A stretch of 64,000 nt of DNA, taken from the NCBI RefSeq assembly GCF_009834535.1, contig NC_045707.1:57600001-57664000 (forward strand), in the 5' to 3' direction. The DNA comes from Camelus ferus (lineage: Eukaryota). Each line of letters begins with the position of its first letter. The first letter of the stretch is position 1. Both the position numbers and the translations under genes were made by a program. The notes beneath the pieces were generated by a model. The model ran no database searches, was not told where the DNA came from, and worked only from the letters and a program-made list of their open reading frames with translations. Below, piece after piece: positions 40,416-51,570 of the stretch.

Positions 40416-41831
40416 CAAAACCTTGCAGGAGAAAGAGTGAGAGAAAGAAGATAAAATGCAATAGAAAGTATACTGAATTATTAAGAGTAATATTCTAGGG
40501 GATATATGAGATTGAAACAAAAATGAGCAGCTAGATTCCTGAAGAGTATGGCAGTGACATCCCTGAGAGGGGATATTTGGAGACATAAATTTTGAAGGAG
40601 GGTAGATCAATTATCTTTGATGTTATTAGTAAAATCAATAATAGCCTTGTCTATGGATGACAGTGGGGGTAGACCATATTCAAAATGAGAGCAGAATTTT
40701 CCTATGGAAGATTGGTAAAAGTGTAAGGAAGGGATGTATAGAAGATGGAGCAGCTGGGAGAGTTAGCGATAAGAGAATTTATAACTGAACGAGGTAGAAC
40801 CATCTCTATCTTCTCCAGCACTAGTCATCAGCCAGCCTCTAGTGAAAACAAACAGTGGGATCTGCTCAGAGTTGGTAATTTTCTAGATGGTCACAATGAC
40901 ATGGTTTGAGATCTAAGGAGCAAGAGATAGGTGTTGTTGAAATGTATCCATTCCAGATGAACAGAGAAAACACTGAAGTCTGAAGAAATGCTGCATCGAA
41001 AGGATAAAAAGTACGCCGATATGGATGCTGCAATCAGAGAGAAGGTACACCACGTCTTGAAGTTCTCTGGTTGATAGCCTCAAAGATAGAAAAGTGGACT
41101 AAAATTGAGTGATGTTGATTTCAAATGGAGCAAAGGGTTAAAAGACTGTTTCCATGATAAGGAATCTAGATGTGCCAGAGGTCAACAATTATGCCAGTAC
41201 CCACCATCCCCATTGTGGGAAGGGCCTTCAGGGAAGTGGTGTTATCAGGACGGACTGAAGTTTTCATTTATAGGAGCAGGTGCAGTTTTAGAGAAGGTAG
41301 AAGAGGAAGGAGATTACGACATAGGACAGGTCAACGTTAGGAGGAGTGAGAGTTTTCGTCTTTGTAGACTAGAGCTTAGTGACCTGGATATTTTTACTCC
41401 AATAATATAAAATATAAAGGCTATTATAAAAGGAAAGGACATAGAGTGAGTCTGCCAGTGTGACTACAGAATTCAGGGAAGCATCTGGAATGCGATAAAA
41501 TCAATTTAAAAAGAGAGAGTGCCAGAAGTTTACATGTTCATTGCCTATTTTAAATTATGATAAGGTATAATTCAGTAAGTTTGGTGTTTCGATAATAAGA
41601 AATAGATACTTGTGAAAACACAATAAAGCAGATTTTTCTCTTTTTCCTCTTTCCAGTCTCCCAATGTCGTGGAGATGATTCCATATACTACACAGCTGGT
41701 CCTCAGGTAGATGTGGAGCTAAAAAGTATGTTTTGTTTGTTTGTTTGTTTTTACTATTTCTTGCATAGTTTTAGATAAATGTGTTATAAAGACTACAAAT
41801 GATACTGACAAACATATAACACAGTCCGGGA

Positions 41832-41904
41832 TTAGTTACTGTGTTTCAGGTTAGTTCTCTCTTTCAGGTCAATTACCTGTTTCAGCTTAGTTACCTGTTT
41901 CAGG
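41832..41904 (-). repeat. Four-unit 18-19 nt tandem repeat spanning the exon 41895 splice donor
   Basis: Minus strand: cctgaaacag|gtaactaa gctgaaacaggtaattga cctgaaagagagaactaa cctgaaacacagtaactaa. Confidence 0.9.
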
Positions 41905-42164
41905 TAGCGTGCTGATGTTGCATGTACTTTCGTCACCTTCGCCAGCTGAGGTGGCAGCTCTTATTTTAAAGGCATAGGAGGTATTGGCAATAAGTTTCAT
42001 GCAAGTGTATCCGTGATCTTGGGAAGAGACTTCCGTCGCATTCCCCTCAACTGTTACTGTATAATGCGTAATGATTCCATTTGGCTTTTTAGGCGGGTCC
42101 CACTTCACCAGAGCTGACTGCCAGCTTGTTGCCATACACTGTACGTTCTGTACAACATCTGGAA
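41895..42164 (-). CDS. PTPRQ: PTPRQ exon, 270 nt, one FN3 repeat
   Basis: Acceptor ctctcttaag|TT, donor CAG|gtaact. Encodes (V)[29 protein letters not shown]…[11 protein letters not shown]. Confidence 0.94.
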
Positions 42165-43469
42165 CTTAAGAGAGAAGCAAGTGCCCAAAGTTAAAATGTA
42201 TACACATGTAGCAGATAAATGATTTCATCATATGACTGCTAGATAAAATCATGCTTCAGACAGAAGCAGAAAAAAATTTAACATATCAAGCTTTCACTGT
42301 GTGCTCAAAACGTTCTTGACATGGGCTGAATCCAATGGCAGTGGGCCCATTTTCTATGCTGCCATGTTAATCTTTACGCTACTGAACCCGTCACTGAATA
42401 TTCTCCTAGACCCAAGCAGCAATCACCTCCTCAAACCCTCAGATACAACTGTGTAGCCTCAAACTCAGGCAATGGTTGAAGCCTGCCCTCTTTCTCTCTT
42501 AAATGAAAGGAGCAGTTCTAGCAATACTTTATTATGGAACTTTCTAACGCAAAACATAGATGTAGGTGCCTAGCTGATGTGGCACATCCGGGCCTAACAG
42601 GACTAGGAAATATGGAACTGAATCAGGGGTTTTGGATAACTTCTTTGGAAGAAGCAGAAGACCTGATCCTTCAGTATCTTTTTCAAAAATCACTGGAAAG
42701 AAGATCTAAATCAGCCCCAGTTTTTAATTCAATCCCAGTCTTTCCTAGAACTTCGCTGAATTAACTTGATCTCGTTGGAGAACAATATCCCAGTCTGCCA
42801 AAGTGACTGCAGGTTGGAGATAGTGATTACTTCCCACAGCAATGTCTGGTTATCTAATGTCCCCTAATGTCAGCACAGCTTTCCTTGTTACAGTAAAAAG
42901 AGGATGCTAGAAGGAAAATTAGCATGTAGTCAATCAACTAACAGTGAAAAGAAACAACTTGTCATTATACAAAGCACAGTTATTCAAAGAATACTCAAGT
43001 ACTCTTTGGCTTGCTAAAGTTCTCTCTCCTGGCCTAAATTTCTCACTTTACAAACCCTTCTTCCTTGATTCTGATGATAAAAGTATCAGAACTAAAGGAG
43101 AGTACTTAGGGGTGTGCAGCATTTAAAATGAAAGAAAAGGCAATTTCTCAGCTGATGCAGGTTTCTGGCAGCTAAATATGGTTGATTATCTGCTTCTTTA
43201 TTTTTAAAAACATATATCAATATTTTTATAAAATAAATTAACAAGAGATAGTTGATAATTTGCTTAAGTTTCAACTAAACTTAAATTTACCTGGATTTTG
43301 TGAACATCTATTTCACTGACTCTGTAAACCTAAAAACACTTAATTAACCAGGTGAAAATTTTCTTTTATTCAATCGATCAGGGCATAGGATTTATCTCAT
43401 GTAACGTATGTTTTATTGTACTTGAAAAGGGCTCAGGGTTTGGTTTAAATCAGGCTGCACACCTTTTAT

Positions 43470-43501
43470 CAGTCTGACATCTCTCTCACCATGTCAGACT
43501 G
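43470..43501. repeat. Perfect 11-bp inverted repeat with 10-nt spacer
   Basis: cagtctgacat-ctctctcacc-atgtcagactg. Confidence 0.9.
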
Positions 43502-44149
43502 GCCTCAGCTAGCAATACGTCATTAAATCCAAAAGAAAAACAACTTAATTTTGAAGAAGAAAATCCGGCTCTGAGGACAATCAGCATTGGTCTGTAATTT
43601 AAAACACAGTGAGGGCTAATGATTCATGTCGCTTTATACACCCTTCTTCTCACACATAACGAGAAAGGCAATTTTCCTAACTCAGGTAGGCACCGATACC
43701 GGTCCCAGGTACTGCACGCTGGCTCACAAACCGCTCTCTCCGCCTCCCTCCCTCCTCCCCTGTCTCCCTCCTTCCCTCCCTCCAAACAACAAAAATCAGA
43801 TCATGTCAAAGGAAAAAGGTTTGTTATGTTATTGATCAAAACCCTTGGATTTTGGCACACGATTTTGTGAAATAGTTTTACTGGAAAAGTATTCATCATT
43901 TTACAGACCACTGTCTATAAGATTAGCCTTGATTTTTATTAATCTATGTGTAAATAAATTTATCTTCTTTATGGGGTTAGCATTTTCCCACAGCATCGCT
44001 CATTTACGACATGCAGTTCCTACAGTCGTGTCCGCTTCTCACTGGAGGTCAGAAGCTGATGTTCTAGTTCAGGGTCTTCACTAATTTTCTCAGCCCTTGT
44101 CGTCTAATCTGCCTGAATCACGGCTTCTTCATCTGTCATAGGGGAACAG

Positions 44150-44385
44150 GGGCAACTAACATTTTTTGAGTCCTTGTACGTCCGACACAGTAATAAGTGC
44201 TTTCTATGGATCTTTTAAAATATTTTTCACAACCCTTCAACCCTGCTGATGTGCGTTTCTCTTCAGTTAAAGGTTTAGAGGCTTAGAGAGTAGTCATGTG
44301 CCTTTGCCAAGGTTATACAACCAGTAAGTGACAGAGCTTGGATTCAAATCCAGACACTCGGACATCACTCAAAGCATGCACTTAC
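44150..44385 (-). mobile_element. MIR SINE
   Basis: gaggcttagagagtagtcatgtgcctttgccaaggttatacaaccagtaagtgacagagcttggattcaaatccag is the MIR core. Confidence 0.75.
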
Positions 44386-45330
44386 ATTCATTATAAATAC
44401 TATTTATTTAGCCTGTCTTAAGCATGCCATGGAAAAAAAAGTATCAGATATATTAATTAATTAATGCAAAATGATAATTAATTCAGAAATTAATTTATCA
44501 GTGAGTGGGCTCCAATTTCTATTTAGAAATTCACTAAAACAAGGGGAAGTACAGCCAGAGGTTCAGGGAAGAAATGACTAGAACAGGATGTTGAGCTTAT
44601 TCAATAATCATTGCCAAAAAAAGAGAGAAGAAGAGGTGCCTTTAAACATATGGTCAGTTGAGAGGAGGAAAGTATATTTCTAAGCCACCATTAAGTCAGT
44701 TATAAATGAAATCTATTCGGTACACAGTTGAGTGATGGCACATACGTCACACAGGTGAGCTGTTTAATTAGACCAATGAGTGGTATTTCATAGTCTTCAC
44801 AGTCAACTCCCCATGTTACAAATGGACTATGGCAAAGTAAAAATTTACTTAATAACTAGTGGTCTTTAAATGTCACAGCACAGCTTCTTTAAAAAATCAT
44901 AAGTATTTTTGCATGAAGATACAAATCAAACTGTTAAAAGTGACTACTGGTTCATGTCTCTTTTTTTTTTCCCACCTGCCTCAGATAGTACTAAAATACT
45001 AAAATGGATTTTTTAAAATATTTTTCACAACAACCTTTTAAGTAGCTACACAGATATCTAGAAGGTTATTTTTCACAGATTTCTAGAAGCCTGCTTTATT
45101 CCTAAACTAGTCTTTTATTTCAACTTCCTCAGTTCAAAATGAAAAACCATGTGTAAATATACATCTATCTGATTGCAGACAAGACCCAGCCTAGCCTTAA
45201 AGCACTAAAATTCAACTTATTTTTGAATGAACAATTAAATATTGATACTTAATCACATAAACTGAGAAACAAAAGACAAAACTGTTAAATACAAGATGAA
45301 ACATTTTAGGATCAACAAACCATGTCTAAC

Positions 45331-45472
45331 CTGATTCTTGCGTTGTGAATTTCACTACATTACTGAATTGATTGCCATTTCCGACTTTGGTAAAGGCGGA
45401 GATGCTGATAGAGTAGGTGCTGACTGGTTCCAGTCCAACAAGTTTGGCTTCGGTTTGAAAACCTGAAATATT
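45331..45472 (-). CDS. PTPRQ: PTPRQ exon, 142 nt, FN3 C-half
   Basis: Acceptor gctttcag|AAT, donor CAG|gttaga. Encodes [47 protein letters not shown]. Not in the ORF track. Confidence 0.93.
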
Positions 45473-46396
45473 CTGAAAGCACAAAAAAATTCTTAGTCAC
45501 CATGAATCATCAAAAAACTTTTTTTATAACTGGAAGAAATATTTTAATGCATCAAAATTATATCTTCTGTGTTTAGCCTGTAATTTAATAAGCATGGGTT
45601 TTTTAATTAAAATTTTAAAATATTAAATATTTTTTTTTGTGTGAGCCACAGGGTGTTCTCAGCTGACGATGCAAGGATGAACAGGGCACCCTGTCAGCCC
45701 TGAAGAGTCTAATAATTGCCATTTGTTTTTAAAGTTGAAGTATTTTGTTTTCATTTTGTCTGCCTGACTTTTTCTTGGAATTACATACTGATTATTTCCT
45801 TCAAATTTGCTAAAATTAAAGTCCTCAACTGAAATCCAACTTAGGAGCAGTCAGCAGTACTTCATTTTGCTCCTTATGACATAACCTTACTCACTGCTTT
45901 TGATTTTTACTATTCACTTTGTAAGCTACATGTGCTATAAAAATGATTTACCATCAGTAATAAATTGCAATGCATATAATGTTGGGGACAAGGTTACTGA
46001 GAATTTTTGCACTTTCCTTGATGTACCTAAAGAGCATTCCAGTACTTCTTTTGCCTTTTGGGGAAAAAAAAAAAAAAACACTTTCTCAAATAAATGCCAG
46101 TTAATCGTATTTTGGCAATTAAATGCTGGAAATCATAGAGGTATATTTGAGACCCTTTGTTACATCAGTTCTTTGGGTATTTTTCATTGATTCTGGAACC
46201 TAAAAATGGAGGTAGGAAAGGGAATGTAGCACAGAAACCAATTAGCATTGAAAGGAAAAGAATAATAATGTATCTTAAAAGACCAGTTAGTGTGGGATTA
46301 TATGCTATTTGGGAAGGTTACCACAAGGCCAGTATAAACACTTTTCTGAAAAGTTTAAAAACAGTCACTTGGTACTATTTTTTTAAACACCAAATA

Positions 46397-47232
46397 CAGT
46401 AGTCCTCCCTTATTCATGGTTTCATTTTCCATAGTCTCAGTTACCAGAGTCAACCACAGCCAGAAGATATTAAAAGGAAAATTTCAGAAATAAACAATTC
46501 ATCAGTTTTAAATTGTGTGCCAGTCTGAGTAGCGAGGATAAAGCCTTGAGCTGTCCCGCTCCATCTTGCCCGGGATACGAATCATCCCTTTGTCCAGTGT
46601 TTTCCATCTGTTAGTCAGCCAGCCTTCTGGGTTATCAGATCTACTGTGAGGTATCCCAGTGCTTGACTCACGTCACCCTGACTTAACTTAATAAAGGCCC
46701 CAAAGTACAAGAGTAATGATGCTGGCAATTCAGAGATGCCAAAGAAAAGCCATAAAGTGCTTCCCTTGGGTGAAAAGATGAAAGTTCTCAACTTAATTAA
46801 AAAAAAAAAAAGAAAAAGAATATATGCTTAGATTGCTGAGATCTACAGTAAGAATGAAGCTTAGTCTACCAGTGAAATTGGGAAGAAGGAAAAAAACTGT
46901 AATAGTTTTACTGTAGTACCTCAAACTGCAAAGGTTACGGTCACAGTGTGTGATAAGCGCTTAGTTAAGATGGAAAAGGCATTAAATTTGTAAAGTGTTT
47001 TGAGAGAGAGATCACATTTGCATAACTGTTATTACAGTTTGTTATAATTTTTCTATTTTATTATTATTGTTGTTAATCTCTTACTGTGCCTAATTTATAA
47101 ATTAAACTCTATCATAGGTACTTAGGTATAAGAAGAAACCTAGTACATATGGACAGGTCCAGCACCATCCACAGTGTCAGGCATCCACTAGGGGTCTTGG
47201 AATGTATCCCCTGTGGATAAGGGGGATGACTG
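46397..47232 (+). mobile_element. Tigger7/MER44-family TcMar-Tigger DNA transposon, internally deleted
   Basis: TIRs cagtagtcctcccttattca…tggataagggggatgactg, flanked by TA at 46395-46396 and 47233-47234. Remnant transposase start atgccaaagaaaagccataaagtgcttccc (MPKKSHKVLP). Confidence 0.9.
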
Positions 47233-47573
47233 TAGAAATGTACTACACTTATGATAACAACAGGTTTTAGATAGTCTGAAAAAATTTACTGTATACTTTC
47301 CAGCATTAACAAAATGGTGCAATTATTTCTTAACTTGTAGATATCTAGAAGTTACACGTTCTAAATAAACCACTTTATGAAGTAGCCCTTTTCTATATCT
47401 GACAAATGTTTGCTGTGTTTTCCAAAAGCAACCTTACACTGTAGGAAACAAAAAAGATATTTTAGAAAGTTGGTCCTTGTATAATTTAAAGGAGTTTTTC
47501 CCCCTGCATGTCAAAAGACTTTAACTCAATTCCTAAATCTGTGAAATAAACATTTGCTGGTATAATGACCTAC

Positions 47574-47725
47574 CTTATAAAATACAGTATCTGTTTCATG
47601 TTCATGAATTTTAAAACTATATACTTTAATGATACCGCCTGGAACTGGACTGGGGCTCCATTTCAGCCATACAAGGTCTGAAGTGTAGTTGATTAAAGTC
47701 AAATTTTGAGGAGGTGCTAAAGGCA
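47574..47725 (-). CDS. PTPRQ: PTPRQ exon, 152 nt, FN3 N-half
   Basis: Acceptor ttcctgcag|TG, donor AAG|gtaggt. Encodes (V)[50 protein letters not shown]. Confidence 0.95.
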
Positions 47726-48096
47726 CTGCAGGAAAACACATTATAAAACTTACATTCATACCATTTTTAGCAGAAAACTGTCATGATATAGCTTCTTGAA
47801 GACACTAGTTAAGAAAGATTTATAAAATGATCATATTTTAATTTCAGAAATAAGTATAAGTAATCATGCTGTTGCACTTGGAACTCAGTAGTTCCAAGGG
47901 AGCTTTAAACAGAACACTTTGTTCTGAAGCTCACACTGAAAAAAAAAAAAAAATGTTCAGCAAAGCAGATGAATAGCTGTCAGCCTGTTACAAATAGACA
48001 ATCAAATCTCCTTTCCTTTTTCATGCTGTTCCTTAAAAAGAGACAGTAAATGCTGCAATAATTAAATCATTTGAAGAAATACCGATTCCGGCTTAC

Positions 48097-48372
48097 CTGA
48101 CTCATCTGTGTAAAAGAAAAGAACACTGGAAGGACCGAGTCCTTTTACAGTTCTTGCAGCAGCAAAAAAACTATATAATGTAAATGGTGAGAGCTCGTCC
48201 AGGATTACATAGTTATCAGAAGTAACAAAAGAATAATTCTCACTTGGTCCTTGTAAAGTTAAATCATAACTTATTATTGCACCATTTGGTTTTACCGGGG
48301 GATCCCATGATAAGAGAACTGAGGTAGAGGAAAGATTTTTAAAAGTGTTGATTATTGGTGAAGTTTCTGGGA
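48097..48372 (-). CDS. PTPRQ: PTPRQ exon, 276 nt, one FN3 repeat
   Basis: Acceptor cttttatag|TC, donor CAG|gtaagc. Encodes (V)[25 protein letters not shown]…FFYTDES (within ORF 48062..48421). Confidence 0.95.
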
Positions 48373-48635
48373 CTATAAAAGAAAAAAAAGAATACTCGAT
48401 GAAACAAAAGTGAATTAGCATTAAAATGAAGAGGCTTTAATAAGAACAGGACTTAATTTTATCAACAGGTAACTAATTTTAAGAAACAGAACTCACTGTG
48501 TTTATTGAAAGGCTAATTACTTAAGAACGAACAGAATCTATATAATGCTAAAGAATAATGTTTTCTATCAGAAAGCAATATAAACAAGAAAACATCAACA
48601 ATCTGCTTAACAGGGAATAAAAGGGTCCAGCCTAC

Positions 48636-48926
48636 CATCTTCTTCAGTTTTGATGTGTAGTTTGGCAGTATAGGTATCAGAGAATCCCTTTTCTGTTGAT
48701 GGAGTGATTTTTAATATATAATCAGTGTATTTTTCCAGATTATCAAAATACATGCTTCTCTCATACGTAACTAGAGGTGGTTTCACATGGCGAGGAGTCT
48801 CCTGTGAGCTCAGAGATACATAGTAGAAGACTAGACCATTTGGTAGAGATGGAGGGTCCCAGCTCACATTTATTGCAGTTGATGAGATGGACTCAAAAGT
48901 CAGGTTTCCAACAAATCCTTCCGGAA
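48636..48926 (-). CDS. PTPRQ: PTPRQ exon, 291 nt, one FN3 repeat
   Basis: Acceptor ctgtcatag|TT, donor ATG|gtaggc. Encodes (I)[25 protein letters not shown]…KLHIKTEED (within ORF 48607..48960); symmetric phase 1-1. Confidence 0.95.
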
Positions 48927-50421
48927 CTATGACAGGTAATGTGCAAAATATAAAAGTCATCAGTCACCCTAAACAAAATTTAAGTAAATTCACAAACCGG
49001 GGGAAAATTATTGAAATGGTATCTATGACATCACCAGCTCTTAACGTTAATTAAATGCACGTATGGTAACTTCGCCTACTACAAAATGTCTTCTGAATAA
49101 TCAGATCAAAAAATCATTCAATATAAACCCTGTCATCTTTAATATGTGTGAGAACTGTTTTATATAGTATTATCTTGGCTTTTCTTTCCTACAAGATGGA
49201 GATTATGAGCATGTGTATGAGATTACGAGTATGTGATGGAGATTATGTGTATTAGATTATGAATACACACAAATATCTGAGTAATTTGCACAAATACATG
49301 TATTTTGCTAGTGTATATTACCTCAACAATATTTTTAGATTCTTTCTTCTAAATATTATTCTTATTGTACATATAAAGTCACCTAGGACCTTGCACCTGG
49401 AACGGTGCAGAGTAAATGTTTATTATCCATGGTGCCATAATAACTGATAAAGCGTTATAGGTTGGCTGAACTTTTGGGAGAGATCTGCGTTAACGAATGC
49501 CTGAAATGAATTTGACCACATATTGTACTAAGCATTTTTGCTGCAGACTCCCCAAACACCTATTTCTAAACATTTTATCATATCTACTCTGCTGATCAAT
49601 GAGTAAACAATATAAAAGACTGTTCCAACAACAGGGAAAGCATTCACTCCTCATACTTAGTGTCTGTCAATTTATAACCTTCAAATACGAAACATGGACT
49701 TTTACTCTCAGCAGAAATTTAGGTCAGTATCATTTCTCAATAAGAGACTGCGTTTTCTTTTAAAAATAAATGGAAAACAGAGACAACCACAAGGAGAAAT
49801 AGGCAATGATCCATGTATCACTGTATTCACGAAACTGAAACCTAAAAACCAGCAAGAACTTCAGTTATTTTTGTCTTCTGAATACGCAGCACAAACAGGA
49901 TTCTGCAGAAGCCGCATACAAGAAACTTCTGGGGTTGGGTTAGAAAAAAAAAAAAAGATATTTTGGGCACATTAGTCACAAACTAATGTGTAAGTAAGAA
50001 CAAAGATGCTCCATAAAGTCCTATTTGGGTTCAAAGACTGAAAAGGAAACTAGTTGCTAGAGAGAAAAAAAAATACCGTTCCTAGAGCAAATGGATATTA
50101 AGTATTGGAAAATCTATCCACGTACGCAGCAGTATTTTGCATGCCCATAACCAGTGGCTGTGACCTCTTTCGAAGCAATAAAAGTGACAGAATTTTTATG
50201 AATGGATGATACCTGTTTTTATGAATAGAAAAGACTGTTACTGTTTGGTAGATTTATAGCTATATTAAACGCATTTTCAAACTTCTATGACTACTTAAAT
50301 GTGCCTAAATAAAATGTAGACTTTACCACCATTATATACAAATAGAAAAAAGATTCTGAAATAATTATAAAGCTTTAAACTAATCCTATTCAAGATTAAG
50401 AAATGCTTTTCATTTACATAC

Positions 50422-50590
50422 TGTCTTGATCTGTGTATACTTGAACTATGTCACTGCTTTTGTTCCCATTTCCAACTGAAGTACTTGCTGTTACCCAAAA
50501 TGTATAGTAGCTGAATATTGCCAGTTTATCTATTACTGCAGATACGGTCATATTGTCAAAGTCATTGGTTACTTCATGGAGTGTAAAATT
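50422..50590 (-). CDS. PTPRQ: PTPRQ exon, 169 nt, FN3 C-half
   Basis: Acceptor tttttcag|AAT, donor ACA|gtatgt. Encodes [56 protein letters not shown] (within ORF 50414..50605). Confidence 0.94.
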
Positions 50591-51369
50591 CTGAAAAATA
50601 AACACATTATTTTAATTGTTCAGAATATAGTTTTAGGACATATGAGCATTTCAAAATAATTATTATTCGTGAACTGGTTGCCTCATTATTTAATATGTTC
50701 ATTTTTACGAAAAATCAACATAGAACATTTTTATTGCAATAATTAAACTGGAAATATGTACGTGCTAAAAGAGGAATAGATGGTAGCGGTCCAGAGTCAC
50801 AAAGAGTAAAAACCCCCAGCTTAGCTAGCAGTGGGGAAGGTCCTTTGGTCAACTGAAAATGCTCCAGCCGTGCTGCTCAGTGTCAGTGTTCCTTACGAAA
50901 CAGTCACCTATTTTTCAAAACAATGACTATGTATTTTTAAAGCCAGTTTGGGAGTAGTATAAAAATGTTAATTTTTTTCTTCCAGATGGTGATAAAGGAA
51001 TTATGGAAGTGTTCATCTCTTTCTATGAACTCAAATAGTTATTATCCCTCCTTATTGGATCTTCTGTTCTTCACAATCATGGGGAGAAATGGGAAGGCAG
51101 TTAGATGCACTCTCATATATGCCAAGTAAGAGGAATTTTTAAGTCCTCTTGTCTGACTCAGTTATATTTGTCCCAAGGCAGTTTTTGATAATTAAGGAAC
51201 ATATGCAATCATTTCCTCCTTGACCAAATTTTAAACACAAAACACATAGTCAAAATCAATTCTAAAATAAAGGAACACAGATTTTTTACAATTCATGTAG
51301 GTAATTAGTAAGAATAATTTTATAATAATATCCATCTATACCGAGAGATCTGCATCATTTCAATCTACA

Positions 51370-51570
51370 CAAAGCCCTTAGCGTTCAAAGACTTGCATTC
51401 TATTCTGCCAGGGTGGCCATGGATAAATCATCTAACCACAAAGCTTCTCCTCCTTCAACTGTAAAATGGGAAGAATCATTTCCACTTCACAGAGAGCTTT
51501 TGAGAATTAGATGATATGAAGCATATAAAGCAATACTATTTCTTGCACACAAGAATAAACAAATACGTGG
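51370..51570 (+). mobile_element. MIR fragment
   Basis: ggataaatcatctaaccacaaagcttctcctccttcaactgtaaaatgggaagaatc…gagaattagatga. Confidence 0.6.

Noticed and set aside
41832..41904. CRISPR-like repeat array
   Set aside because: Eukaryotic DNA; units are directly adjacent with no unique spacers.
45455..45480. Tandem acceptor tttcag|aatatttcag| 10 nt apart
   Set aside because: The distal AG would frameshift and the first AG gives the expected NISG peptide; no evidence of use.
49194..49262. Degenerate gagattatga/gtatgt tandem repeat
   Set aside because: Short slippage-type repeat with no functional context.
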